Shown in pieces: positions 50,797 to 60,433 of a DNA stretch of 64,000 nucleotides. Below the pieces are notes generated by a model. That model made no database searches and was not told the origin of the DNA. It worked only from the letters and a program-made list of their open reading frames with translations. The DNA is taken from assembly GCA_963735805.1 (NCBI GenBank), contig CAVTMK010000002.1, positions 1,056,001 through 1,120,000 of the forward strand. The letters run 5' to 3'. Origin of the DNA: an uncultured Verrucomicrobiae bacterium. GTDB lineage: Bacteria; Verrucomicrobiota; Verrucomicrobiia; Chthoniobacterales; UBA10450. Numbering within the stretch: the stretch's first letter is position 1; each line of letters opens with the position of its first letter. The position numbers and the translations under genes were made by a program.

Positions 50797-50878
50797 TCGC
50801 TGTTCACAGACCACATCAGACGACGCTCGTTAGAAATCGAAGAGTACGAGCAAGAGTAAGAATAAGGCTTCAAGGCGA

Positions 50879-50913
50879 GGAGGGTGGTGAGATTCGAACG
50901 TGAGTTCGAATCT
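50879..50913. repeat. att-like partial duplicate of the tRNA-Ser(TGA) 3' end
   Basis: GGAGGGTGGTGAGATTCGAAC versus tRNA GGAGGGGGTGAGATTCGAAC, followed by the inverted GTGAGTTCGAATCT. Confidence 0.6.
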
Positions 50914-51112
50914 GTGGCAGCCGTTTTAACTCGTTGAGCGCGGCACTTCGACGCAGCATAACGGGCGCGCATAACAACGGCTGTGAAAGTGCAACACTCT
51001 ACTCGTTAGGCGTCAATCCCGCGCGCGCGTGTCGCCATTGCACGCGGGCGCTCTTACGAAGGGTACCATTGACGCCTAATAAGAATAATAGGCGTCACGC
51101 CTCTCTAGTTTA

Positions 51113-51718
51113 TCACCTGGGAATCCCGGCGGCGAACCACGCCCCGGATCCAGCGGACCGGATGAGGAGCACCGGGCTAGTACAAGGATTCGGGGGCGCA
51201 GGCGAAAGCGTGTCGTCAATACGAAAATCGCCATCCACTTCAAGCGGGACGCCTGCAAGATTTGAGCTGTGTTGGACATTCCCGTCATTTGCGCAGAACA
51301 GCGTCGCAAAAACGCTCTGGTTGGCGTTGCTTCCGACGGCATTGCCTGAGCCCAGAAGGAGGCCCCGGCCGTTGAGTCGGATCCTCCCGTCCTGCTTCAC
51401 GTCGGCTGCAAGGTCCTGGATCACCCAGATCTGGCCAGCGGCTACGACGCCTCGCACCGTGGTATTTGTTGAACCAGTGGGAATAACGCCGATCCCTCCA
51501 CCGAACCTGACCAAGTTCTGGGCCAGGGGCGAGTTCTGGACCAGGGCTGTGTTCTGCGCCAGGGCCGATTGAGCAATGGCTACCATGACGAAAATTACGC
51601 CACCGACAGCGAGTGACGTGCCTAAAAAGGAACGGCGCCTGATAGTGCGTTTCGCCGATTTGGGATTTGATGTCGACATGCTGAATAATGATGCTGAGAG
51701 TCTCTTCATAGGGTTCAT
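51113..51718 (-). CDS. Hypothetical secreted protein (possible Tat signal)
   Basis: RRRSFLG plus hydrophobic helix; two Cys in the mature domain. Confidence 0.65.
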   Translation of the reverse strand: MNPMKRLSASLFSMSTSNPKSAKRTIRRRSFLGTSLAVGGVIFVMVAIAQSALAQNTALVQNSPLAQNLVRFGGGIGVIPTGSTNTTVRGVVAAGQIWVIQDLAADVKQDGRIRLNGRGLLLGSGNAVGSNANQSVFATLFCANDGNVQHSSNLAGVPLEVDGDFRIDDTLSPAPPNPCTSPVLLIRSAGSGAWFAAGIPR

Positions 51719-51944
51719 AGTGCGAGAATCGCACCGATGCCGAAGAATGGCCGACTAAGTTAGGTTACCATTTAGTTACCTTTTGAATCTTTGGATTATT
51801 GAGCGTTTTCGGGGACTAGCGTAGCCATAGGTTGGTTAAGCGTTTCCGATTTTGCCATTGGTCGCGATTTTCTCGCCGAACGCCGGAGGCATCTTTGTGC
51901 GGAGTCATTAAGCAATCGCCTAGAAGGTTTGTTTCACGAGGGAG

Positions 51945-52029
51945 CGGAGGGGGTGAGATTCGAACTCACGAGACCTTTCGGCCTTCCGGTTTTCAAGACC
52001 GGCGCGATCAACCGCTCTGCCACCCCTCC
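51945..52029 (-). tRNA. tRNA-Ser(TGA)
   Basis: Reverse complement GGAGGGGTGGCAGAGCGG...CCGGT-CTTGAAA-ACCGG, variable arm, GTTCGAATC. Confidence 0.95.
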
Positions 52030-52033
52030 GGAA

Positions 52034-52081
52034 TGTAACCGGCAGCGTTGACGCCGGCTGCGGTCAGCCACCGCGGCTACA
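52034..52081. repeat. GTAG-type REP-like palindrome (intergenic)
   Basis: TGTAACCGGCAGCGTTGACGCCGG-CTGCGGTCAGCCACCGCGGCTACA. Confidence 0.65.
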
Positions 52082-52193
52082 ACGTGCCATCGCCCGCAGC
52101 TTGGGCAAGCTGACTCCTGTTGTCGTGCGATTCGAGTTCGCTGCTTCGAACAATTTTCCTCGACGCGTCGATATGTTCATGTGAACTTAAACC

Positions 52194-53297
52194 GTGCCTA
52201 AGAAGTTTCGACCGATTGTCCAAGAAACCGCGCAAAGCCGCGCGCCCATTCGCGGGCGTGGCGCATCGTGGAGTCCGGCGAACCGCTTCGAAAAGCTGTA
52301 TGTCGATCTAAACGATCCCGATGTTGTCGACGAGGATTTCGAAACGGAAGAGCGACCGCGACCCGGCACACAATATTTTCGCGACGGCACCAAATCGATT
52401 ATCACTCGTAACAACAGTCCTGATGTGGGGTTTGAGACGAGCCTGAATCCGTATCGGGGCTGCGAACACGGTTGCATTTATTGTTACGCACGGCCGACAC
52501 ACGAATATCTCGGTTTGTCCGCCGGATTGGATTTCGAAAGCAAGATCATGGTGAAGACGAACGCAGCTGAGCTATTGCGTGCCGAACTGGAGTCGCCGCG
52601 TTGGCAGCCGCAGACCCTGGTGATGAGCGGAGTGACCGATCCATATCAGCCGGTCGAGCGAAAGTTACGCATCACTCGCAGTTGCCTCGAAGTACTGGCT
52701 AAATTTCGCAATCCGGTAGCGATCATCACAAAGAACCGTTTGGTTACGCGCGACATCGATCTGTTAGGCGATCTCGCGTCCCATAATGCAGCGGCTGTCA
52801 ACGTTTCGGTGACTTCTCTGGACTCGAATTTACAACGCGTGCTGGAGCCGCGCACTTCGTCACCTCAAGCGCGTCTTGACGCGATTCAACAACTTCGCAG
52901 CGCAGGAATTCCGGTTGGCGTGATGGTTGCGCCGATCATTCCCGGCCTCACCGATCACGAAGTTCCAGGGATTCTCGATGCCTGTGCAGACGCGGGTGCG
53001 CAATTTGCCGGTTATACAATTGTCCGTCTACCATGGGCGGTAGCGCCATTGTTCGAGCATTGGCTCGAGGAACATTTCCCCGAGCGGAAAGAGAAGGTGA
53101 TCGGGCGCATCCGAAATTTGCGAGGGAACAGACTGAATAACTCCAAGTGGCACACGCGCATGACCGGGGAAGGCATCTTTGCCGAACAAATCGCGGCACT
53201 GTTCAGGGTCGGTTGCCATCGTGCAGGCATTGGTAAGCGGCCCAAACTTTCACTGGCGGCGTTTCGGCGGACAAAAGAACAATTAAATTTGTTTTAA
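52194..53297 (+). CDS. PA0069-family radical SAM protein
   Basis: NPYRGCEHGCIYCYARP (CxxxCxxC), TDPYQP, LEPRT. Confidence 0.92.
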   Translation: MPKKFRPIVQETAQSRAPIRGRGASWSPANRFEKLYVDLNDPDVVDEDFETEERPRPGTQYFRDGTKSIITRNNSPDVGFETSLNPYRGCEHGCIYCYARPTHEYLGLSAGLDFESKIMVKTNAAELLRAELESPRWQPQTLVMSGVTDPYQPVERKLRITRSCLEVLAKFRNPVAIITKNRLVTRDIDLLGDLASHNAAAVNVSVTSLDSNLQRVLEPRTSSPQARLDAIQQLRSAGIPVGVMVAPIIPGLTDHEVPGILDACADAGAQFAGYTIVRLPWAVAPLFEHWLEEHFPERKEKVIGRIRNLRGNRLNNSKWHTRMTGEGIFAEQIAALFRVGCHRAGIGKRPKLSLAAFRRTKEQLNLF

Positions 53298-53398
53298 CCG
53301 TAGGTTACGAACCAGCGGCGATTGTGCCAACTGGTCTACATCTTCGGCAGGATCGCCTCCAACTCGACTTCGACAAACTATCGAACGCGACTTCGGGG

Positions 53399-53939
53399 TT
53401 ACTGGCCCCTTTTGATACCTACGGAGTGAACTGTTCGTTGTAGTTCTTCGCCGCTGATGCGGACGATGTTTAGAGTACTGGCGTCCGCCGCCCAGGCTCC
53501 GCTGTCATCCACCTCGACCCACCGACCAGGCAGACGACTCCCACTAAACGCCGGAATCCATACCCAGTGCCTTCCTTTCTTTGCCGCGACAGACGGGTGC
53601 CAAGCCTGAGGTTGGTGTCAGATCAAAGTTCAAGTGTGTCGGCTCACCCAATTCGACCGTTGTATTGTTAATAGACGTTTTGACAGCGCCATTTACAACC
53701 AATGTAATTCGATATGTGCCTGCCGGGAGACCAGCTGAAGCATAGTGGCCGTTTACATCCGTTTTAACTGTTTTGATCAATCTCTCACCATTTCTCGCTT
53801 CGATTCGAACAGAAGCGCCTGTTATCGGTTCACCCTTTGCGTCCCTGACGACCCCCAGAATACTTGATGGTTCGGCCCAGACGCTTGCAACAGAAAGAAC
53901 CAATCCTACGAAACCTATCCCAATGGATTTAATATGCAT
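53399..53939 (-). pseudogene. Carboxypeptidase-regulatory-like domain protein, frameshifted near 53590
   Basis: N-terminal GVVRDAKGEPITGASV...; the C-terminus continues in another frame (KGRHWVWIP...RWVEVDD...GQ*) to the stop at 53399. Confidence 0.6.
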
Positions 53940-54283
53940 AAGAAGTGTTACGCGTAAGTAGGGTAACAAAACAAGACCCAGTTATTGAAATCCAATAAGA
54001 CCAGTTCCTGTGTTGATTCGGGTCGCGCTAGTTATGGTTGCCACGAAATGATGGAACGAGGACTGCGACCCCGCACGAAGTGCGAACAGGCACTTAATGG
54101 AGACCGCTTTACGTCAGAACACCACCCCCATTAAGTCCCCGTCTAATTCCCAAGCTCCTGCTAGCGAAATTTCCTGGCTGTGAGCCCGATTAGTTACCAA
54201 CGGCCCGCTGCCCAGGATCGCCCATGCAAATAATTTCGCGTGTCGATGCCCTTTGGATTGAGTTGTCGGAAATCCTAACGCCT

Positions 54284-54330
54284 TAGAATCGTTTCTGATT
54301 ACTGGCTGCCGAAACGATCCGGCCACGATC
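54284..54330 (+). repeat. 47-bp direct repeat, copy 1
   Basis: 40/47 identical to 54589-54634. Confidence 0.8.
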
Positions 54331-54352
54331 CCATCAACGATTCTTATTAGTA

Positions 54353-54559
54353 GTGAGAGAGTTGGAACTTGCGGCTCAAATTCGCCGCGAATTGGAACGC
54401 GGCGAACAGTGCACCGTTTACGAGTTTGAATTAATCCGCGTCTGGCCACTTGATGAGAAAGATCGCGAGTCGAAGATCGCTCAGTTTGCAAAGGAACATG
54501 GATTCCATCTGCGATTTTACCGCATCGGATGGAGCGCCGTCTTTGACAAGGCGCGTTGA
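54353..54559 (+). CDS. Small hypothetical protein (68 aa)
   Basis: Coherent ORF lying between the two direct repeats. Confidence 0.6.
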   Translation: MRELELAAQIRRELERGEQCTVYEFELIRVWPLDEKDRESKIAQFAKEHGFHLRFYRIGWSAVFDKAR

Positions 54560-54588
54560 AAAAGCCCGGCCTGCTTCTGTGGCCGCGC

Positions 54589-54634
54589 TAGAATCGTTTT
54601 TGATTGCCGGATGGCGAACGATCCGGCCATGATC
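54589..54634 (+). repeat. 46-bp direct repeat, copy 2
   Basis: See copy 1. Confidence 0.8.
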
Positions 54635-54645
54635 AACAAGGACAA

Positions 54646-54804
54646 ATGAAAATAATACTGATGTTGATCGTCGGGCTGATGCTCGCAGGTTGCGGATCAA
54701 TGGAAAACCATGTTCAAAAGCATGGCGTCACCTCAACCTACGGGCCCGATTTGCAGGATCGCGGTAACCGTATTGCGGTGGACACGATATGCGCTTGTCC
54801 TTGA
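54646..54804 (+). CDS. Small putative lipoprotein
   Basis: MKIILMLIVGLMLAGC lipobox; AAGGA RBS. Confidence 0.55.
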   Translation: MKIILMLIVGLMLAGCGSMENHVQKHGVTSTYGPDLQDRGNRIAVDTICACP

Positions 54805-55036
54805 GTCGAAGCAGACGGGCCGCTCCTATGAGCAATTTGCTGCACGTTTACGAAGTTCGACTACACAAAGAGTTACGAGATTCGGCCACGATGTGATAAA
54901 AGCGGCTTTGATGTTTCCGTCGCGCCATTCGTTAGCTTGTGGCATCGTTCAGGCGTCGCGCGTCCACTCGGCAAGTGCAATTCGGCAATCCAGACACTTT
55001 ACGGCTCACGGCGCTCTGTGATTCAATCCCGGCGCG

Positions 55037-55258
55037 ATGAAACGAACTCTTTCAGCAATTGTAATCGCTGTCCTGCTCTCGCTGATGTTTGCGCCCCACA
55101 GCGGAGGCGGACGCAGTCTTTTTCGGTTTGCGAACTATGCCCACGGACCGTTCTTCATCATGCCCAGCCACGTCGACGGAAGGCAACTTGTCTTGCAGAC
55201 GATCTTCCTCGCCGTCCTGTTAGCGGTGATCGTGAATCTGGTGCCGCGCCGAAAGTGA
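55037..55258 (+). CDS. Small two-TM membrane protein
   Basis: Two hydrophobic helices and a basic C-terminus. Confidence 0.6.
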   Translation: MKRTLSAIVIAVLLSLMFAPHSGGGRSLFRFANYAHGPFFIMPSHVDGRQLVLQTIFLAVLLAVIVNLVPRRK

Positions 55259-55423
55259 AAGCGAACCACGTTTACGAAGCGCGCCCGCGCAAAGCATTCA
55301 ACCAATGACGATCTAAGCCCCGCAATATCAGGCGACTCCGCATTCCTTGCGAAATAAGTTCAGCTTGTTTCCGCGTTGATGGTTTACATAAAAGGATGGG
55401 CGATATAATAACTGATAAGTGAT

Positions 55424-55909
55424 ATGGCGACGGTCGATGGCGACGCCAAAGGCACGGATGCCGCTCATGACGGCGTGCTCACCCGTCATCCGCTGTTCTT
55501 CTTTTTCCTTCTCTCCTTCACGTTTACCTGGGGCTACTTTTGGCTGATATGGACGCCCTTGCGACTGCCCGACTCGTTCATAGCGCTTGGTGGGTTCGGG
55601 CCAGCCGCCTCAGCCTTCCTCGTGCTAGCTCTCACCTCAGGGAGGCCCGGAGTGCTGCGCTTGTTGCGCAGCATCGTGCACTGGCGAGTTGGCGCGCCAT
55701 GGTACCTGGTAACCCTCCTTGGCCTTCCCGTTCTGAATTTTTTGGCTTTCCTGGAAGTTTCGATTGTTTACGGTGCTATCCCATCGCGGCGATTATGCTT
55801 TTCGCATTGGCAAGTTCTAGCCGTGGAAAACCGGGGTTCTAACGCTCCGAGCATAACATCGCACGGTCCTTGCTACTGCGCGATCTCATCATCCCACTTA
55901 GCACGGTAA
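55424..55909 (+). pseudogene. CPBP/Abi (CAAX protease-like) gene with internal deletion
   Basis: RHPLFFFFLL...GFGPA...WRVGAPWY N-terminus, but the EExxxR/H catalytic region is absent. Confidence 0.6.
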
Positions 55910-56082
55910 AGGAGGTGTTACGTGCGATGGCGCACAGCGTGCGCGTGCTGTTCATGCGAGCATGTCCACTGCTGAACGTCAGGCTGGCACTCAATCACTT
56001 CTTTGCTCGCGAAACGTCTTTTTTACCAAGGACATTCGATACAATGATGGATTAGAATTACCATTAAAGGAGTGAAGGACAC

Positions 56083-56277
56083 ATGAAACAACACGAAGTC
56101 ACCGTTCCTCAAATCGGTCTCATCGCTGGCACGCGTGCAATGCTCGGCGCTGGCATAGCGCTTTTGGTTTCTGAGAAACTGACCACCGAGCAGAGGCGAG
56201 CAATCGGTTGGACGCTGGTTGCCGTTGGCGCGTTAACCACGATCCCACTCGTGCTGCAATTGTTCAGTGACGAATGA
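56083..56277 (+). CDS. Small membrane protein (64 aa)
   Basis: Strong RBS (AAAGGAG) and two TM helices. Confidence 0.7.
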   Translation: MKQHEVTVPQIGLIAGTRAMLGAGIALLVSEKLTTEQRRAIGWTLVAVGALTTIPLVLQLFSDE

Positions 56278-56336
56278 TCGCGACTTGGCCCGGCTGTGCG
56301 CCGATGAAAACCTGACGGCGTTTCTCGAACTCGAAA

Positions 56337-56594
56337 TTAGTGATCCATCGATTGCCACTTTTTAAGCGGCATCGGAAATTTGATAATTTTCGTTTCGAGT
56401 TCTGCCTCAGCTTCGCATTTCCCGATCAATGACTCGACAGCTTCGTAGATGACATCGGCGACCTCCACATGCTTTCGCTTCGCTTCCTTGCTAAGCGATA
56501 GCAGCGTTGCTTGGTCAAGACGATCGAGCGCCCAGCAGCCTTCAAGGACGAATGGCGTAACATTACTGGGTCGTGTTTTTGAAGTGGTTTTCAT
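56337..56594 (-). CDS. Small hypothetical protein
   Basis: ORF only; helical, ending in KIIKFP. Confidence 0.45.
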   Translation of the reverse strand: MKTTSKTRPSNVTPFVLEGCWALDRLDQATLLSLSKEAKRKHVEVADVIYEAVESLIGKCEAEAELETKIIKFPMPLKKWQSMDH

Positions 56595-56802
56595 GTCATC
56601 GGTTTCCGCTGCTCTCCGCACGCGCACAAGAAACTTCTGCCAAACAATTGTGTGACCAAATTGCGACAGAGTACAGATACATCGCCCTTTTTTATCGCTT
56701 GTGGCAGTTCGAGCAGGAGTAAGCCGAAAACGAAAAATCGGTAGTCGGCTAGTCCGTAGATTTTGCTTGAAGAGTGCTGATCAAATCGCGTAGGCAACCC
56801 AC

Positions 56803-56964
56803 ATGAAGCCTCTACCTCGTACGCTCGTTGTTTTGCTTGCGTGTGCATTTCTGTGCGGCTGCTGTTCCCTGGACTGTCGCAACAGAAATCCCGGACGCGA
56901 GGACGGTTCAGATGAAAGGTTGTCGGGTTCTGGGGCATTAGCCTATGTGACCTTAGTCGATTAA
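56803..56964 (+). CDS. Small putative lipoprotein, possibly truncated
   Basis: MKPLPRTLVVLLACAFLCGC; manual translation, 53 aa. Confidence 0.35.
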   Translation: MKPLPRTLVVLLACAFLCGCCSLDCRNRNPGREDGSDERLSGSGALAYVTLVD

Positions 56965-57132
56965 TTATTTCTGCGATTGACCGTCAGGCGGTCGGTTGGG
57001 TAGCCTTAAATTCCAGTGGGGCAATCAGGTTTGAAGTTTCATTTCACTGGTGCGTCTTCACTGCAAAATGCCAAATATCGGCACAATTCATGCCATGCAG
57101 CCTTTAATCGCTTTCCCCTCGCAACGCCAGGA

Positions 57133-57798
57133 ATGGTTACGGTAAAACTTCGCATATTTGGGTTTCTTGCCGTTGTCCTGGTGGGGCTACTCTTTTCTTC
57201 CTGTGCGGTGGCCCCCCGACGCATCGCCCCGGCTGGCGCCGGTGCGGCCGAATTGAAAATCACGCAGGACATCATTCCCCCAGGGCAATGCGGACGTCCC
57301 TTGCATCGCCCGATGCGTCCAACATTTATCACTATTCATTCGACCGACAATAGGTCTCGTAGCGCTGACGCATTGAATCACGCGCTCGCTATGAACAAGG
57401 GGTTCCGAGCCCGTCACAATCGCACTGGATTTCTCACTTGGCATTTCACTGTGGACGATCATTCCATTTACCAAACTCTCCCGACTAACGAAACCGGAGA
57501 GCATGCTGATTATGAAGGCGAGGGAAACAGGTCGTCCATCGGGATCGAAATGTGTGTAAATCGGGGTAACGACCTTGGCGTCACCATCGATCGCACCGCG
57601 CAACTCACAGCCAGGCTGATGCGTCAATATGATATCCCTCTCGACCATGTTGTCCCGCACATGCACTGGCGCATGATCCGTTACAGCGACGGACGCGATT
57701 TAGGGTACAAAAAATGCCCGAGACTTCTGCTCGATGGCGGTCGTCTTGGTCCAAAATGGAGTGCATTCATCGCCAAAGTCTCATTTTATGCACGATGA
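57133..57798 (+). CDS. N-acetylmuramoyl-L-alanine amidase (Amidase_2), lipoprotein
   Basis: FSSC lipobox, ITIHST, WHFTVD, SIGIEMC, VVPH, KKCP. Confidence 0.88.
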   Translation: MVTVKLRIFGFLAVVLVGLLFSSCAVAPRRIAPAGAGAAELKITQDIIPPGQCGRPLHRPMRPTFITIHSTDNRSRSADALNHALAMNKGFRARHNRTGFLTWHFTVDDHSIYQTLPTNETGEHADYEGEGNRSSIGIEMCVNRGNDLGVTIDRTAQLTARLMRQYDIPLDHVVPHMHWRMIRYSDGRDLGYKKCPRLLLDGGRLGPKWSAFIAKVSFYAR

Positions 57799-58144
57799 GG
57801 TCGGCAACGACGGCAACCGTGGCCGCGTCGCTAAGTAACTCATGCGTTATGATGATATCGCCTTCGTCACAAGTCAGAACCCGTCGAGCCATCTCCTAGT
57901 AACAAAGTTCATCCGGCTGGAGCTTGAGCTATCTGTTCAGCTATACATCCGCAATATCATCGCCAACGACGATAGCAACGCGACGCCAATGAAGGTTAGT
58001 ACGCCCGCGGCCACAATGCCGGACCGGAACTTGTTGTAGCTCTATCTATCATGAAGGAATGCTAACAGGTCGCCATTCCTGTCTATCGTCCCACCGGATT
58101 TGATCGTAACCTTGATCGTACCCGCCTGCCGCAATCCGTTGCAA

Positions 58145-58579
58145 TTACGGCTTGGTAGTCGTTGTGGTAGTTTCTTTCGTCTCGTAAGACGACAGAGGTT
58201 TTGCCAGCGTTACCTTGGTCACGACCATCCGGTCGCCTTCTTTCGTGTAAGTGTATGTCACTGGCATGTCTGGCTTGAGCGCGCTCCACTCCACCGTGCG
58301 GCCTTCAGGGTCAACGAGTACTGTCTTTTTGGTATAGTAATACTTCACCGGAGTGGTGTTCGATTCCGTGCGGAACATAATATAGTCCGAGCCCGGCGTA
58401 TAAGCCGTGATCGTGCCTGAGCCGTTAAGCGTACTCGTGCTTGTCGTGCTCTCGCTCACGCCCGTTGTACCTCCTGTAGTTGTGGTTGTAGTTGAAGTTT
58501 CCTGCGCGAAAGCTGTACTCAATGCGACCGCGCCGGCCGTGCCAGCGGCCAATAATTTCACTAATGTAGTTTGTTTCAT
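58145..58579 (-). CDS. Secreted Thr-rich hypothetical protein
   Basis: Signal peptide ending AFA, poly-Thr runs, small beta domain. Confidence 0.7.
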   Translation of the reverse strand: MKQTTLVKLLAAGTAGAVALSTAFAQETSTTTTTTGGTTGVSESTTSTSTLNGSGTITAYTPGSDYIMFRTESNTTPVKYYYTKKTVLVDPEGRTVEWSALKPDMPVTYTYTKEGDRMVVTKVTLAKPLSSYETKETTTTTTKP

Positions 58580-59029
58580 ATTTGTTTTTACTTTATTAAA
58601 CGGACGTTCTCCGTGGTGCTTGTTTACGACCTGCCTTATCCGAAGTTTATTCAGTGCCCATCATGAATCGGATGGCACCTTGTATCCACGCGTTTCGGTC
58701 TCCTGGTTACGAAAGGCCAAATAGGGAATCACCCCGAAAATTGAATTAACGGTTCACTCTCATTTTCGCAAAACACCGGGCCATTTAGTAAGCAAGGGAA
58801 GCGAGCTAGGATTTTGCCTTATAAGCTACTCAGTTATCCGCCTGATAGAGTGATCGATTGGAGGCGAGGAATGTGTTCACTCCCGGTCTTTCGCCATCTG
58901 CTCGAGGGAACCAAAAGGGATAGGCCTTACGAATCTGTTGGGAAATAACCAGATTCTGGCACGAGCAATTGCTCAGTAAGACGCAGGGGGATTTGAATAA
59001 ATAACAACGAAAACCGACGAACGAATAAC

Positions 59030-60076
59030 ATGAAAAAATTGATGACAATATTGATTAGCTGTTCGCTGACGCTGGCCGGAGCCGCTTTGGCACAACAGCC
59101 CGTCGAACACCAATCACCATCAAAGAACAAGCACGTTCCTGAGAAAGCGCACGCGACTCAAGCACAGCCGAAGCCGAATGCGGCGAAGCACGAGGCGCCC
59201 GCTGTGACGAAGCAGGGAGCGACCAAGGAACACTCGGCTACGAATGAACCTGGTGCGATGAAAGAACATGGAACCCCGCATGAACACGGAGCCACGAATC
59301 ACACCGATGCAGAACATGGGCAAAAAGGTCTAGAAAACCATAAGTCCACCGCCAGTCCGAAATCGGATGTTTCCGGTGAATCGACGGTTGCGCAGACGCC
59401 CACTGCCCGGCAACAGCGAGTTGAAGAACGGAGAAAAGCAAAAGGCGGCGTCGCGGCAGCAAAGACATCTACTAATCCGTCAGCGCCGAACGCAGGTGCC
59501 GCAGGTGCGATAGGCCAGCAAGATGTGCAGGCTAAAGCAGGGGCCAAGGCGAAGAGACCGGCTCCGGAGCAGGTGCAACAGATCAAATCGCAGCACGCGA
59601 ACTTTCGTGCGCAACCAAGGCCGCAGCAGGTTCCGGGGGTCACCTACAGCCAGAATTATCACATTCAAGGGAGCGAACATTGGCAGGGTCCGCAATATGA
59701 AGTATTCCGCTCGTATCATCCGGAATGGCACGATCAGGGCTGGTATCGGTCCCATTACAACCGCGTGGAGCTGATCGGTGGCGGTTACTACTTCTGGAAC
59801 AACGGCTACTGGTATCCGGCATGGGGTTACAGTCCTTCGGAGCAATATTATGCCTACGACGGACCGATCTATGTGGGTCACACTGCTGAGCCGCCGGACA
59901 AGGTTATTGCAGACGTGCAGGGCGTGCTACAACAGATGGGCTATTACAAGGGCGAAGTGGATGGATTGCTCGGGCCGCTGACCCGTGAGGCGCTGGCAGC
60001 TTACCAGGCCGACCAGGGGCTTACTACGACAGAGGCAATCGACGAGCCGACGCTCGATTCCCTCGGGATGAGCTAA
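59030..60076 (+). CDS. Secreted protein with low-complexity region and C-terminal peptidoglycan-binding domain
   Basis: VQGVLQQMGYYKGEVDGLLGPLTREALAAYQ. Confidence 0.85.
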   Translation: MKKLMTILISCSLTLAGAALAQQPVEHQSPSKNKHVPEKAHATQAQPKPNAAKHEAPAVTKQGATKEHSATNEPGAMKEHGTPHEHGATNHTDAEHGQKGLENHKSTASPKSDVSGESTVAQTPTARQQRVEERRKAKGGVAAAKTSTNPSAPNAGAAGAIGQQDVQAKAGAKAKRPAPEQVQQIKSQHANFRAQPRPQQVPGVTYSQNYHIQGSEHWQGPQYEVFRSYHPEWHDQGWYRSHYNRVELIGGGYYFWNNGYWYPAWGYSPSEQYYAYDGPIYVGHTAEPPDKVIADVQGVLQQMGYYKGEVDGLLGPLTREALAAYQADQGLTTTEAIDEPTLDSLGMS

Positions 60077-60107
60077 TAAGAAAGTAAAAGATTAGAAAGT
60101 CAGATTC

Positions 60108-60153
60108 GAAGAGCCGCCGGGGCGCACTAATTTCTCGGCGGCTTTTCTGTTTT
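60108..60153 (+). terminator. Rho-independent terminator
   Basis: GAAGAGCCGCCGGG...CTCGGCGGCTTTTC followed by TGTTTT. Confidence 0.8.
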
Positions 60154-60358
60154 ACGCGGCAGGAGTCGAGCATAAGGCGTTCGTCGCGGAGCAAGGTGAC
60201 AGGAACAAAAAGCGGCTATCACACAGCTAAAGCAGGACTTCAATCTGCTGATCTGCCCGGCTGATACAGAGCCGTTGCCGGTGATCTCGAATGCGATCAA
60301 GCGCGGTCCGTTACAAGCAAAATCTTACAAACAGCTGTAATTTACCTATGAAAAGCAT

Positions 60359-60433
60359 TGGCAGCGCGTACGGGAGTCGAACCCGTGTACCAGCCTTGAG
60401 AGGGCTGTGTCCTAACCACTAGACGAACGCGCC
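60359..60433 (-). tRNA. tRNA-Glu(CTC)
   Basis: Reverse complement GGCGCGTTCGTCTAGTGG...CAGCC-CTCTCAA-GGCTG...GTTCGACTC...GCCA; CCA encoded. Confidence 0.95.

Noticed and set aside
50956..51011. A fourth attC (GCATAAC...GTTAGGC)
   Set aside because: At or below the minimum attC length and lacking paired L boxes.
51945..52029. Possible tRNA-Sec partner for the UGA gene
   Set aside because: The anticodon is TGA (reads UCA, Ser), not TCA, and the acceptor stem is a normal 7 bp.
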